Shown here one piece after another: positions 56,161-64,000 of a DNA stretch of 64,000 nt. The stretch lies in the NCBI GenBank assembly GCA_963778115.1, contig CAVZSV010000005.1, forward strand, positions 448,001-512,000, in the 5' to 3' direction. The position numbers and the translations under genes were made by a program. Every line of letters starts with the position of its first letter. Within the stretch, counting starts at the first letter, position 1. Under the pieces are notes generated by a model, which did not search any database, was not told the origin of the DNA, and was given only the letters and a program-made list of their open reading frames with translations. The DNA is from an uncultured delta proteobacterium (lineage in GTDB: Bacteria; Bdellovibrionota; FAC87; UBA2466).

Positions 56161-58379
56161 ACGCCTAGCTCCGCGACGGGGGCAGCCATTATCTGTCGAT
56201 AAATTTCAGAAATCTTAGCTCCAATCACGCGACTGGAGAAACGGATTTCGATACTTTTTCTGGCACTTTCGCCTAACGCTCCCCCTAACGAGAAACCCGC
56301 CTGCCTGTCGCGAGCCAGAATGGACAGCTTATCCGCCAGATCCTTTATGTCCCCTTGCCGAAAACAGAGCCCATTGACCCTATCTTCAACTAAAGATCGG
56401 TTGGGCACGATATCGCTGACCACACAAGGAATTCCATAAGAAAGCGCTTCCAAAAGTGCATTCGACATTCCTTCGGAGACCGAAGGCAATACAAAGACAT
56501 CTGCCGAAAGGTAAAAGGGAGCTACCTGCTTCTGATTTCCATGAAAAATAACTCGAGTGTCGGACTCGACAGAACTCGCTAATCTCTTGAGTGACTCGGT
56601 CACATCGCGGCCGCCGTAACTGCCCCCAACCAGGTGCACTTCACACGCCAAGCCAGATCGCCCTACTTGGGCTGCCGCTTCGATCAGATCGGAAAGACAC
56701 TTTTCACTGCTTAGCCGACCACAATACAAGATTCGAAAAGGGGCATCGAAATCCTTTTTCAGAGTTCTTTCTGCGTTTAAATTAGGCAACTCGACTCCAT
56801 TAGGAACCAGTGCGATTCGCTGGGGATCAAACCCGAGATCTAGCATTTCCAATCGCATCTCCTCAGAAAGAACTATCAAGCGATCGATATGTTTAAACGC
56901 CATACGGCGAAGACGGAAAAAGGGAAGTTTTTTTAGTTCCCTAGATTCTCCCAAAAATCCACTTGCTGTCACTTTCACCACAAGCGCCTTACCCAATAAG
57001 AGTTTGGCAGCGACTCCGATAAGAGTCGGGGAATAAAGTTGATGAGCGTGAAGAACGGATATGCGGTGCCGATGACGACAGATCTGGACAAATCCCGCAA
57101 TGATGAACACGATGCCCCGAATCCTATGCGCAAACGAGGAGTCTGGGTGCCAGTTAGCGAAAGGATTCGGTGTCGAAAGAAAGTCCACATGCGACCATTC
57201 GGCAGGGGTTTTCTTCAATCGATCTTGCCGCTGCAATAGAAATACCCGGTATCCCAATCGGGTCAATTCTCGAGACTGCAACCATATTTGACGTTGCAAT
57301 CCTCCTGTCGAATGAGTCACGACCGGACATATCATGCACACTCCGGGCCGAACCGATCTCTCAAGAAGCGCTCGATACTTTTCGACCATGACACCTATCT
57401 TAAGACGGCCCGAATAATATTGGAGCCCCAAATGAGAACGTTTTTTTCCTGGACCCGTATCTTTAGAAATTTCGAGAATCGCCTCTGTCAAAGATTTTAC
57501 AATGGCTTCACCTCTGGGGACTAAAACCCCAAAAGAGCCATTCCCCAAGACATCAGAGTTGGCGCCCACCGCCGTCGCCACAATGGGCAGTGAAAACTGC
57601 ATCGCCTCTAGAACCGCCATTCCGAAGCTCTCCGTTTTGGCGGGATTCACATACATGTCCAACGAGGCCAAGAAATTGTCGATATCTTCGACAAAACCGC
57701 AGAACTCAATATTGTCTTGCAACTGCAATTTCCGAGTAAGTGAAATCAGCGACTTCAATTCAGGACCGTCGCCGGCTATCCGCAGTGTCGCTTCAGGAAG
57801 GACCTGAGTAACGGCCTTCATGGCCAAGATAAGGTCATCTAAACCTTTCTCCGACCGTAGCATGGCAACCGAACCTATGGTGAAGGGACGGTTTTTTCTA
57901 GCGTGGCAAACAGACGTCTTGTCTTTGAGCTCCAGAGCATTTTCGATCATCTCGGCATTGGGATATTTGCGAATCCCCTTATAAGTTTGACGACTTACTG
58001 CCACCAAATGATCAGCGGTAGGAAAGATGCAATGCTCATCCAAAATTCTTTTCACCAAAGGCCATTTTTGCCCCTGATACGAACAATAATGAACGGTGTG
58101 GATCCAAACGAAGGTTTTATCAAAAATTCTGCGGAGTCGGACTACAAGACCAGGAAGAAAAAGGTGCGAATGAATAACATCGTAACGACCAAAGAGGATC
58201 GCAAATAGCCCTCGCTGCCGAACAGCAATGGGTAAAGGAGGCTCTCTTCCGCTTAGGGAAGCTACCTCGATCACATGCGAATGGCTGCTTGATTCCTTTA
58301 GGGACTTAACGATTTCGACAACAACACGCTCGGCTCCCGCCATTCGTGTCGTGCGCATCGCAAACAAACAAGTTGCCAC
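56157..58379 (-). CDS. Tandem GT4-GT4 glycosyltransferase fusion
   Basis: Two full GT-B units, with ESFGMAVLEA and EGMSNALLEA motifs. Confidence 0.9.
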   Translation of the reverse strand: MATCLFAMRTTRMAGAERVVVEIVKSLKESSSHSHVIEVASLSGREPPLPIAVRQRGLFAILFGRYDVIHSHLFLPGLVVRLRRIFDKTFVWIHTVHYCSYQGQKWPLVKRILDEHCIFPTADHLVAVSRQTYKGIRKYPNAEMIENALELKDKTSVCHARKNRPFTIGSVAMLRSEKGLDDLILAMKAVTQVLPEATLRIAGDGPELKSLISLTRKLQLQDNIEFCGFVEDIDNFLASLDMYVNPAKTESFGMAVLEAMQFSLPIVATAVGANSDVLGNGSFGVLVPRGEAIVKSLTEAILEISKDTGPGKKRSHLGLQYYSGRLKIGVMVEKYRALLERSVRPGVCMICPVVTHSTGGLQRQIWLQSRELTRLGYRVFLLQRQDRLKKTPAEWSHVDFLSTPNPFANWHPDSSFAHRIRGIVFIIAGFVQICRHRHRISVLHAHQLYSPTLIGVAAKLLLGKALVVKVTASGFLGESRELKKLPFFRLRRMAFKHIDRLIVLSEEMRLEMLDLGFDPQRIALVPNGVELPNLNAERTLKKDFDAPFRILYCGRLSSEKCLSDLIEAAAQVGRSGLACEVHLVGGSYGGRDVTESLKRLASSVESDTRVIFHGNQKQVAPFYLSADVFVLPSVSEGMSNALLEALSYGIPCVVSDIVPNRSLVEDRVNGLCFRQGDIKDLADKLSILARDRQAGFSLGGALGESARKSIEIRFSSRVIGAKISEIYRQIMAAPVAELGV

Positions 58380-58382
58380 CAG

Positions 58383-59948
58383 TTACGCTCCAAAACCAGG
58401 CGCATGCGGATGACCTAAAGGTGAAAGTACTGTGCCGTTATCCGTTGCCATCTCGGGCTCTCGTTTTTGTTTCGCCGCCCGAATCAAGGCCTGAGCTCTC
58501 ATCTCACACCACATCAAAAAGACAATCGATACGAATAGAGCCATCAACAGACAAACCGTATAAACCAATACCAACATCGGACGACGCGAGGTCGGATCCG
58601 GAAGGGCCGGCTGAATCACACGCAGACGTGCCGAATTCAGATTCGACTGCACATGAAGTTGGGCGCCCAGTCTATTTAGTTCGGCTATCAAATTGCGATA
58701 TTCTACTTCGGATGCCATTAGATCTTTTTGAAGATCGGATACCTCTCTACCAGATGGACCACTTTCGTGTTTTTCAATCTGCTCTTTCATGCGATCCGCT
58801 TGGGTCGCCAATTCGGCATATTCAGCTTGACGCTGTTCATACAATTGATGCGACAGGCGGAAAGCTTGGGCTTGAATATCGGCGCGACGTGTCGCCGTAT
58901 CCACACTAGGATGGGTACTTCCTTCATCCTGCAGCGCTTTATCTACCACTCTTAGATCTTGGATCTCAGGGATCGAAATTGCCCAAAGGCGATCCAAGGA
59001 TTCTGTCGCCTCCGCTTTTTGCAACTCTTCTAATTCCTTTTGAATGCGAAGCCGCTTGATTTCGTTTTCAGAAATGGCCTCCGCTAATTTGGCATCGATT
59101 CTGTTGGTCGCATCACTTAAGGGAGCCATGGTGAGAGTCGCCAATTGACTCTTCACATCCTCCATCTTTCGGTTAATGTCTGCGGTAGTGAGCTGGAGCC
59201 ACTGATTGACCCGACTCAAGTGTTCGACATTGAGATTTTTGATCTCGTTTTCTAGATAATCCCAGTAAAGGTTCGTAATTTCAGACGCAATTTGAGGATC
59301 ATTGGCGTAACCCTGTACCACTAGCAATTCAGAACCTTCTGCATAGAAGGTCTCCGCTCGCACCACCGAGGGCTCAAGCTGTGTTCCTGTATGAGGCTGA
59401 GAGTTATATTGCGCAAGAACCCACTGCCGCGCCGGTTCACCCCGAAGACGACGAGCAATAAGGCCCAGTGGAACTTTTAAATCGACGGGAAAGGATGCAA
59501 ATTCAAGCCGATTCGAGAATAGTGGTATTCGAGAAGCGATATCATTAGGCTTTTCAGGCGCGTACAAATGGAGTGTCGAATAATACGTCGACGTTATAAA
59601 TTGCGCCAAAAAGCAGCTCACTACCAGAGTCACGTAAAAGGAAACTTGGACACCGAATTTGTGTCGTCGGATGGCATCTTTAATGGATTGCCAGGACGAG
59701 TACCAGATCGGTACGGCGGCTAGGATCTTTTCCCTAAAAAGATTCGGATCCATAACTAGCTCTTTAGCCGCTCCTCCCGGGGTCGGAGGCGTTCCCCCCG
59801 TCGGCGAAGTCACCGTCTCAGAGGGGCTGTCCCAAGGACGCCTTACCGAGTCTCGACTCACCCGATTCGTTATCGCTGATTCAAACTGCTCTTTCTCCCC
59901 AGCGATTTCCTTAGCGTACTTCTTCATGAGGTCTTCAATGTTCGGCAT
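58383..59948 (-). CDS. Polysaccharide co-polymerase (Wzz/Wzc-N/GumC type) without a kinase domain, with a long cytoplasmic N-terminal extension
   Basis: TM1 followed by YYSTLHL, long periplasmic coiled coils, LRVIQPALPDPTSRRP followed by TM2 and a short tail; GGAGG RBS before ATG 59948. Confidence 0.8.
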   Translation of the reverse strand: MPNIEDLMKKYAKEIAGEKEQFESAITNRVSRDSVRRPWDSPSETVTSPTGGTPPTPGGAAKELVMDPNLFREKILAAVPIWYSSWQSIKDAIRRHKFGVQVSFYVTLVVSCFLAQFITSTYYSTLHLYAPEKPNDIASRIPLFSNRLEFASFPVDLKVPLGLIARRLRGEPARQWVLAQYNSQPHTGTQLEPSVVRAETFYAEGSELLVVQGYANDPQIASEITNLYWDYLENEIKNLNVEHLSRVNQWLQLTTADINRKMEDVKSQLATLTMAPLSDATNRIDAKLAEAISENEIKRLRIQKELEELQKAEATESLDRLWAISIPEIQDLRVVDKALQDEGSTHPSVDTATRRADIQAQAFRLSHQLYEQRQAEYAELATQADRMKEQIEKHESGPSGREVSDLQKDLMASEVEYRNLIAELNRLGAQLHVQSNLNSARLRVIQPALPDPTSRRPMLVLVYTVCLLMALFVSIVFLMWCEMRAQALIRAAKQKREPEMATDNGTVLSPLGHPHAPGFGA

Positions 59949-60939
59949 TGGAGCCCCCTCCATTCAATGGTACGTGCATTACTTCACGTACCAGGCCATC
60001 GAAATCGTCCTTTGCTCGAGACTTGATTTTGCCAAACAAATCGCGTTTCAGAGTCAGAGACAACTTGATCTCAGATGATTGCCGAATGGCAGACTGCATC
60101 ATCAAAGGACGATATTTATCCGCTAAATGCCCGAGATATAGAAACGACAGTTTCTCAACCGGGTTGAATCTATTCAACAAAATTCTAATATCCGTCTTAA
60201 AGTTAAAGCGACGTTGCAATTCTAATATTTCGCTTATGGTCAAATTTAAACCATTCCTCGAAAATTCATCGAGTTGAATGGGAAGCAATACCAAATTTGA
60301 CGCACGCACTGCCGAAGCATTCACCAAATTAAGTGAGGGTGCGCAATCCATGACAATGTAATTGTAAGCGTCACCTACAACTTTAAGAACACTATCTAAT
60401 TCCAATAACGACGTGGGATTTCTTTCAAGCATTTTGCGTTCAAGCAGAGAGTTCACAGCGGTCGAAGGAATTAGATGTAGATGTTCGCTCAAAGGTAATA
60501 TCGCCCCCGTTGGCGAACACTGTCCGGTAAGCATGTCCAGCAAAACTGCCGACGATTCGGATACGTTGAAGCCGTAGTTTTCTGGATGTAACGCTGATGT
60601 GAGATTGGCTTGAGGATCCGCATCAATAAACAGAACCTTTGCTCCGTAACTAGCAAGACGAAGTCCCAGAAAATAAGCTGTGGTTGTCTTGCCGACACCA
60701 CCTTTGCACATCATGCAGGCAATACGCATGGCGGGCGTCGGGAAAACGTGTCCCGACGCTTCCAAAACATACCTAGCCTGCGCGTCAAACACAGAGAGAT
60801 CTATTTCTTGTCCTTTACGTCGAGCGCGAGGAACTATATTTTCCTTCGCGCAAAACGATTCCATCTCTTCTTGTGATTGATTAAGCAGCTTTCTAAGATC
60901 TTCAAGCCTCACCCAGTGGCGAAACTCTTTCGAACTCAT
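59935..60939 (-). CDS. ParA/Soj-family ATPase with an N-terminal HTH-like extension (type Ia-like)
   Basis: Deviant Walker A KGGVGKTT, IDADPQANLT, MDCAPSL; no C-terminal Tyr cluster. Confidence 0.9.
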   Translation of the reverse strand: MSSKEFRHWVRLEDLRKLLNQSQEEMESFCAKENIVPRARRKGQEIDLSVFDAQARYVLEASGHVFPTPAMRIACMMCKGGVGKTTTAYFLGLRLASYGAKVLFIDADPQANLTSALHPENYGFNVSESSAVLLDMLTGQCSPTGAILPLSEHLHLIPSTAVNSLLERKMLERNPTSLLELDSVLKVVGDAYNYIVMDCAPSLNLVNASAVRASNLVLLPIQLDEFSRNGLNLTISEILELQRRFNFKTDIRILLNRFNPVEKLSFLYLGHLADKYRPLMMQSAIRQSSEIKLSLTLKRDLFGKIKSRAKDDFDGLVREVMHVPLNGGGSNAEH

Positions 60940-61099
60940 GATAAGCACCCCGAGGAAAATTAAACTGCACATAAATCAAGTTGTCGAGCAAATTGAAAAA
61001 AAAAACTTGCCAACACATCCTCAAATACGAGAGTCTGAGCGACTTTTTTTTTGCGTTTCTCCTCTGAACAGGCCGCGAAATCCGATCCAAAAATGGTTT

Positions 61100-61120
61100 T
61101 TATTGCCAGAACGGCAATAA
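61100..61120. promoter_or_regulatory. Inverted repeat in the divergent promoter region
   Basis: TTATTGCC-AGAAC-GGCAATAA. Confidence 0.45.
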
Positions 61121-61169
61121 GTGAGGAAAATATCATCATCTTATTTCTATCCATACAGACGGGGGACTC

Positions 61170-62213
61170 ATGAAAGCTCTTTTGACGGGTGGTGCCGGCT
61201 TTATCGGATCGCACCTTACCGGAAATTTGTTAACGCACGATTTTAAAGTCGATTGCGTTGACGACCTGTCGACGGGTTGTTTGGAAAATCTAGAAGGCTG
61301 GAAAAATCATCCAGGCTTTCGATTCTTCGAAGGGCGAGCGGAAGACGAGAGTCTGATGGAGCCCTTGGTGGAACAGGCCGATGTTATCTATCACTTAGCC
61401 GCTTCGGTAGGTGTTAAGAACATCATGTCCAATACCGTTCACTCCATCGAAAACAATCTATCGGGAACTTTAGTAAACCTTAAGCTTGCTCATAAATACG
61501 GAAAGCGAATTTTCATCTTTTCCACGTCTGAGGTTTACGGCAAGACCAGTCGTTTCCCCTTTGAGGAAGAGGACGACGTCGTGCTTGGACCTGTTAGCAA
61601 GATCCGTTGGTCCTATGCCGCTGCAAAATTGGTCGATGACTATCTTGCGAGAGCCTACTTTTATGAGAAGCAAACCAAAGTAACCATGGTTCGCCTCTTT
61701 AATACAATCGGGACCGGCCAGGTGGGACATTATGGAATGGTGGTTCCGCGCTTTTTTGAACAAGCGCGTAGTAATCAAGCCATCACCATCTATGGAGATG
61801 GAAGCCAAACCCGCTGCTTTACCGATGTCAGAGATGTCGTCGAAGTCCTGCGCCGCTTAATCAACGAACCTAAGTCTCACGGGGAACTTATTAATGTAGG
61901 TAGCACCGAAGAGCTTAGCATTTTGCAGTTGGCAGAAAAAATTCGTCTCATCACGCAATCTCAGTCTGACATGAAATTCATTCCCTTTGAAACCGTATAC
62001 GGTCCACACTTCGAAGACATGAAACGGCGCGTTCCCAATGTTTCGAAACTAAAGGCCATCACTCAATTCCAATTTAAATATGGTTTGAACGAAACACTGT
62101 CCTGGATTCAAAGACAACACCAAAGTACGACGGCTGAAATCGCAAGCGTTATGGATCCAGAAATTGTCATTAAACCTGTTTCCTTCTCCGATGGCTTAGG
62201 AGTCGACAACTAA
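61170..62213 (+). CDS. NAD-dependent nucleotide-sugar epimerase/dehydratase
   Basis: TGGAGFIGSHL, STSEVYGK, RWSYAAAK, RLFNTIG, YGMVVPRF. Confidence 0.92.
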   Translation: MKALLTGGAGFIGSHLTGNLLTHDFKVDCVDDLSTGCLENLEGWKNHPGFRFFEGRAEDESLMEPLVEQADVIYHLAASVGVKNIMSNTVHSIENNLSGTLVNLKLAHKYGKRIFIFSTSEVYGKTSRFPFEEEDDVVLGPVSKIRWSYAAAKLVDDYLARAYFYEKQTKVTMVRLFNTIGTGQVGHYGMVVPRFFEQARSNQAITIYGDGSQTRCFTDVRDVVEVLRRLINEPKSHGELINVGSTEELSILQLAEKIRLITQSQSDMKFIPFETVYGPHFEDMKRRVPNVSKLKAITQFQFKYGLNETLSWIQRQHQSTTAEIASVMDPEIVIKPVSFSDGLGVDN

Positions 62214-63149
62214 ATGTCACTTCAAGTTATCACGGTCTTTCTTTTATTGGTGCCCGTCCTGACATCGGCTTTTTTGACTGTCGGAATAGAGGGTATTTGC
62301 CACCGGCTAAATCTCTTCGATCTGCCTGGAGAAAGAAAGATGCAGGTACTTCCGGTGCCAAGGTTGGGGGGAGCGGCTTTTTTCATCACTTCGGTAATCT
62401 TTGCAGCGTTATTCTCACTAGGAACCACATTCACTCACATGATGGGAGCTTTCGTCGTCTTTGTCGGAGGATTCATTGACGACGTCTACCCCCGCAATTC
62501 AGTTAAGGGAAAACTACTCTTCCAAATACCTGCAGCCATTATTTTTGCGTACGGCTGCCCCATCGAATTTTTAGTAAATCACGCTTGGCAAGCGATCCTC
62601 TTAAGAGTGGCACTTTTTGGGTTTGTCTTTTTCATGACCAACGCTACAAACCTGATGGACAACATGGACGGGCTGGCGGCCGGAACTTCTGTCATCATTT
62701 TGGCCACCTTGTCAGCCCTCGGACTTTTTCAGGCTCACGATCTTACTTTTTCGCTGCTAGGGCTACTGGTAGCCGCTGCGACATTGGGATTTCTCCTTAG
62801 AAACTTTCCTTCGGGAAAGATCTATATGGGAGACCAAGGGAGTCAATTTCTCGGCTACTTCACCTCCTCTTACGCTATTTTACTTTTCATAAAATGCGCA
62901 AAGCTTGATCCAAAACTTGGTGTCATGAGCTTTGTCATTCCTGCAGCCATTCTTTTTGGTCTTTTTCTTTACGACGTTAGTTTAGTCGTTGCGATTCGCG
63001 TTTCAGAAGGACGCTCGCCTTTCGTAGGCGATCAATGCCATGTTTCGCACCAGTTGGTGCGACGCGGCTTTTCACCAAGAATTGCGGTCCTCATCCTTCT
63101 GATGATTCAAATGGGATTGAGTATCCTGGCGTTTCGTTTATTTCCTTAA
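62214..63149 (+). CDS. MraY/WecA-family polyprenyl-phosphate HexNAc-1-phosphate transferase
   Basis: PRLGG, GFIDD, NATNLMDNMDGLA, NFP..IYMGDQGS, GDQCHVSH. Confidence 0.92.
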   Translation: MSLQVITVFLLLVPVLTSAFLTVGIEGICHRLNLFDLPGERKMQVLPVPRLGGAAFFITSVIFAALFSLGTTFTHMMGAFVVFVGGFIDDVYPRNSVKGKLLFQIPAAIIFAYGCPIEFLVNHAWQAILLRVALFGFVFFMTNATNLMDNMDGLAAGTSVIILATLSALGLFQAHDLTFSLLGLLVAAATLGFLLRNFPSGKIYMGDQGSQFLGYFTSSYAILLFIKCAKLDPKLGVMSFVIPAAILFGLFLYDVSLVVAIRVSEGRSPFVGDQCHVSHQLVRRGFSPRIAVLILLMIQMGLSILAFRLFP

Positions 63150-63266
63150 TTAGCTTTCGCACAAAAATCTCTGCCTTCCTTTACCCATTCTTCATTTTTT
63201 CAGTAATGCTCCTCGGCTAAACTACCGATGAGAGAGGAAACGCTTTGATTTCAGGAGGAAGTCGCG

Positions 63267-64000
63267 TTGCCTCGCGTCATCACCCCAATCATTCTTTTCC
63301 TACTCTTTACCGCTATACCTGTGCACGCTGAAGACGGTGTGCCCGAAGAAGAGCAGCAATCCGTTACTGAGGGCAAGAAGGACGTCGCTCCCTTAGCGCC
63401 CCAAGAAACGATCCCAACAACAACGCCGGCAGTAATTCAGACAGACCAAGCAGCTCCTTTGCTTCCTTCAGGAGGCTCTCTCGTAGATAAGCCTCCGCCA
63501 CCGGCATCACTGCAATCTTCAGATGACAAATCCTCCGATGACAAAGTGGAAGAGGAAACGACAGCAGGGCCCGCTCCGTTAGTGGACCCGAACCTCGCTC
63601 AGAGTGATGCCAACAATTCAAAAACAAAAACGCTTAATCAGGTACTCCTAACGCGATTAAAAAATGCCAAGGGAAAAGAACTAATCGTGGCAGTTCTCAG
63701 CCCCATCGATCAAAGTCAGCAGGACCTTGGCGAATATGTGCGCAGTTCGCTCATGAAGAACCTCGAAAAGTTCGGACACGAGAGTGTCTTGCCTAGCGAC
63801 ATCACGCCAGCCGCCATTGATCTTGAAAACTTTCGAAGTATCATTTTAAAGACAAAATCCGATATCCTTTTAATTTCCGTCATTAAATCCGCAGGGTGTG
63901 AACTTTTCCTATTCGATAAACGAACCCCATATCAAATTTATTTTTACTCGCAGGACTTCCCCGAAGAGTTCCAAGGACATCCCAATAGAGATCTCCTTGA
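63267..64000 (+). CDS. Exported hypothetical protein, 3'-truncated by the window (absent from the ORF track)
   Basis: AGGAGG RBS at 63253, TTG start, signal peptide MPRVITPIILFLLFTAIPVHA; frame open to the end of the window. Confidence 0.8.
   Translation, partial: MPRVITPIILFLLFTAIPVHAEDGVPEEEQQSVTEGKKDVAPLAPQETIPTTTPAVIQTDQAAPLLPSGGSLVDKPPPPASLQSSDDKSSDDKVEEETTAGPAPLVDPNLAQSDANNSKTKTLNQVLLTRLKNAKGKELIVAVLSPIDQSQQDLGEYVRSSLMKNLEKFGHESVLPSDITPAAIDLENFRSIILKTKSDILLISVIKSAGCELFLFDKRTPYQIYFYSQDFPEEFQGHPNRDLL

Larger units (their letters stand above)
38067..63149. other. Wzx/Wzy-dependent surface polysaccharide (capsule/EPS/O-antigen) locus
   Basis: Contains nucleotide-sugar enzymes, GT2 and GT4 enzymes, flippase, polymerase-like membrane protein, co-polymerase, SLBB protein, WecA-like initiator and tailoring enzymes. 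Confidence 0.9.

Noticed and set aside
59935..60939. ATPase as a CapB/Wzc tyrosine kinase or a plasmid partition locus
   Set aside because: It has the ParA signature lysine and no Tyr cluster; there is no parB, rep gene or iteron array nearby.

Overview
This is a gene-dense bacterial window of roughly 50% GC (estimated by eye). The gene content (GltD/AgmU-like TPR protein, PilZ, FecR-like orphans, TIGR03545/03546 pair, many sigma54 promoters, RxPAS-like linker motifs) suggests Bdellovibrionota or a related predatory lineage; that assignment is inference. Positions 1-38 kb hold housekeeping genes (nnr, tsaE, pgsA, queF, bioF-bioD-bioA, a pteridine reductase) mixed with orphan secreted proteins and an HNH endonuclease with a repeat-rich upstream region. 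Positions 38-63 kb are a ~25 kb Wzx/Wzy-type surface polysaccharide locus split over several divergent transcription units. The most notable candidates are four. (1) A type Ia ParA-like ATPase translationally coupled to a kinase-less Wzc/Wzz-type co-polymerase that has an extra cytoplasmic N-terminal peptide. (2) A ferritin-like diiron protein (BioE-like) coupled to bioA in an operon lacking bioC/H/W/I. (3) A Gly/Thr-rich lipoprotein ending in an FrpC-type self-processing module with Ser-Pro in place of the scissile Asp-Pro, whose middle domain recurs as a stand-alone paralogue in the next gene. (4) Five well-formed sigma54 promoters in front of orphan genes, most of them predicted secreted or membrane proteins. 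I saw no rRNA, tRNA, CRISPR array or transposase. All calls are by eye; no searches were run.
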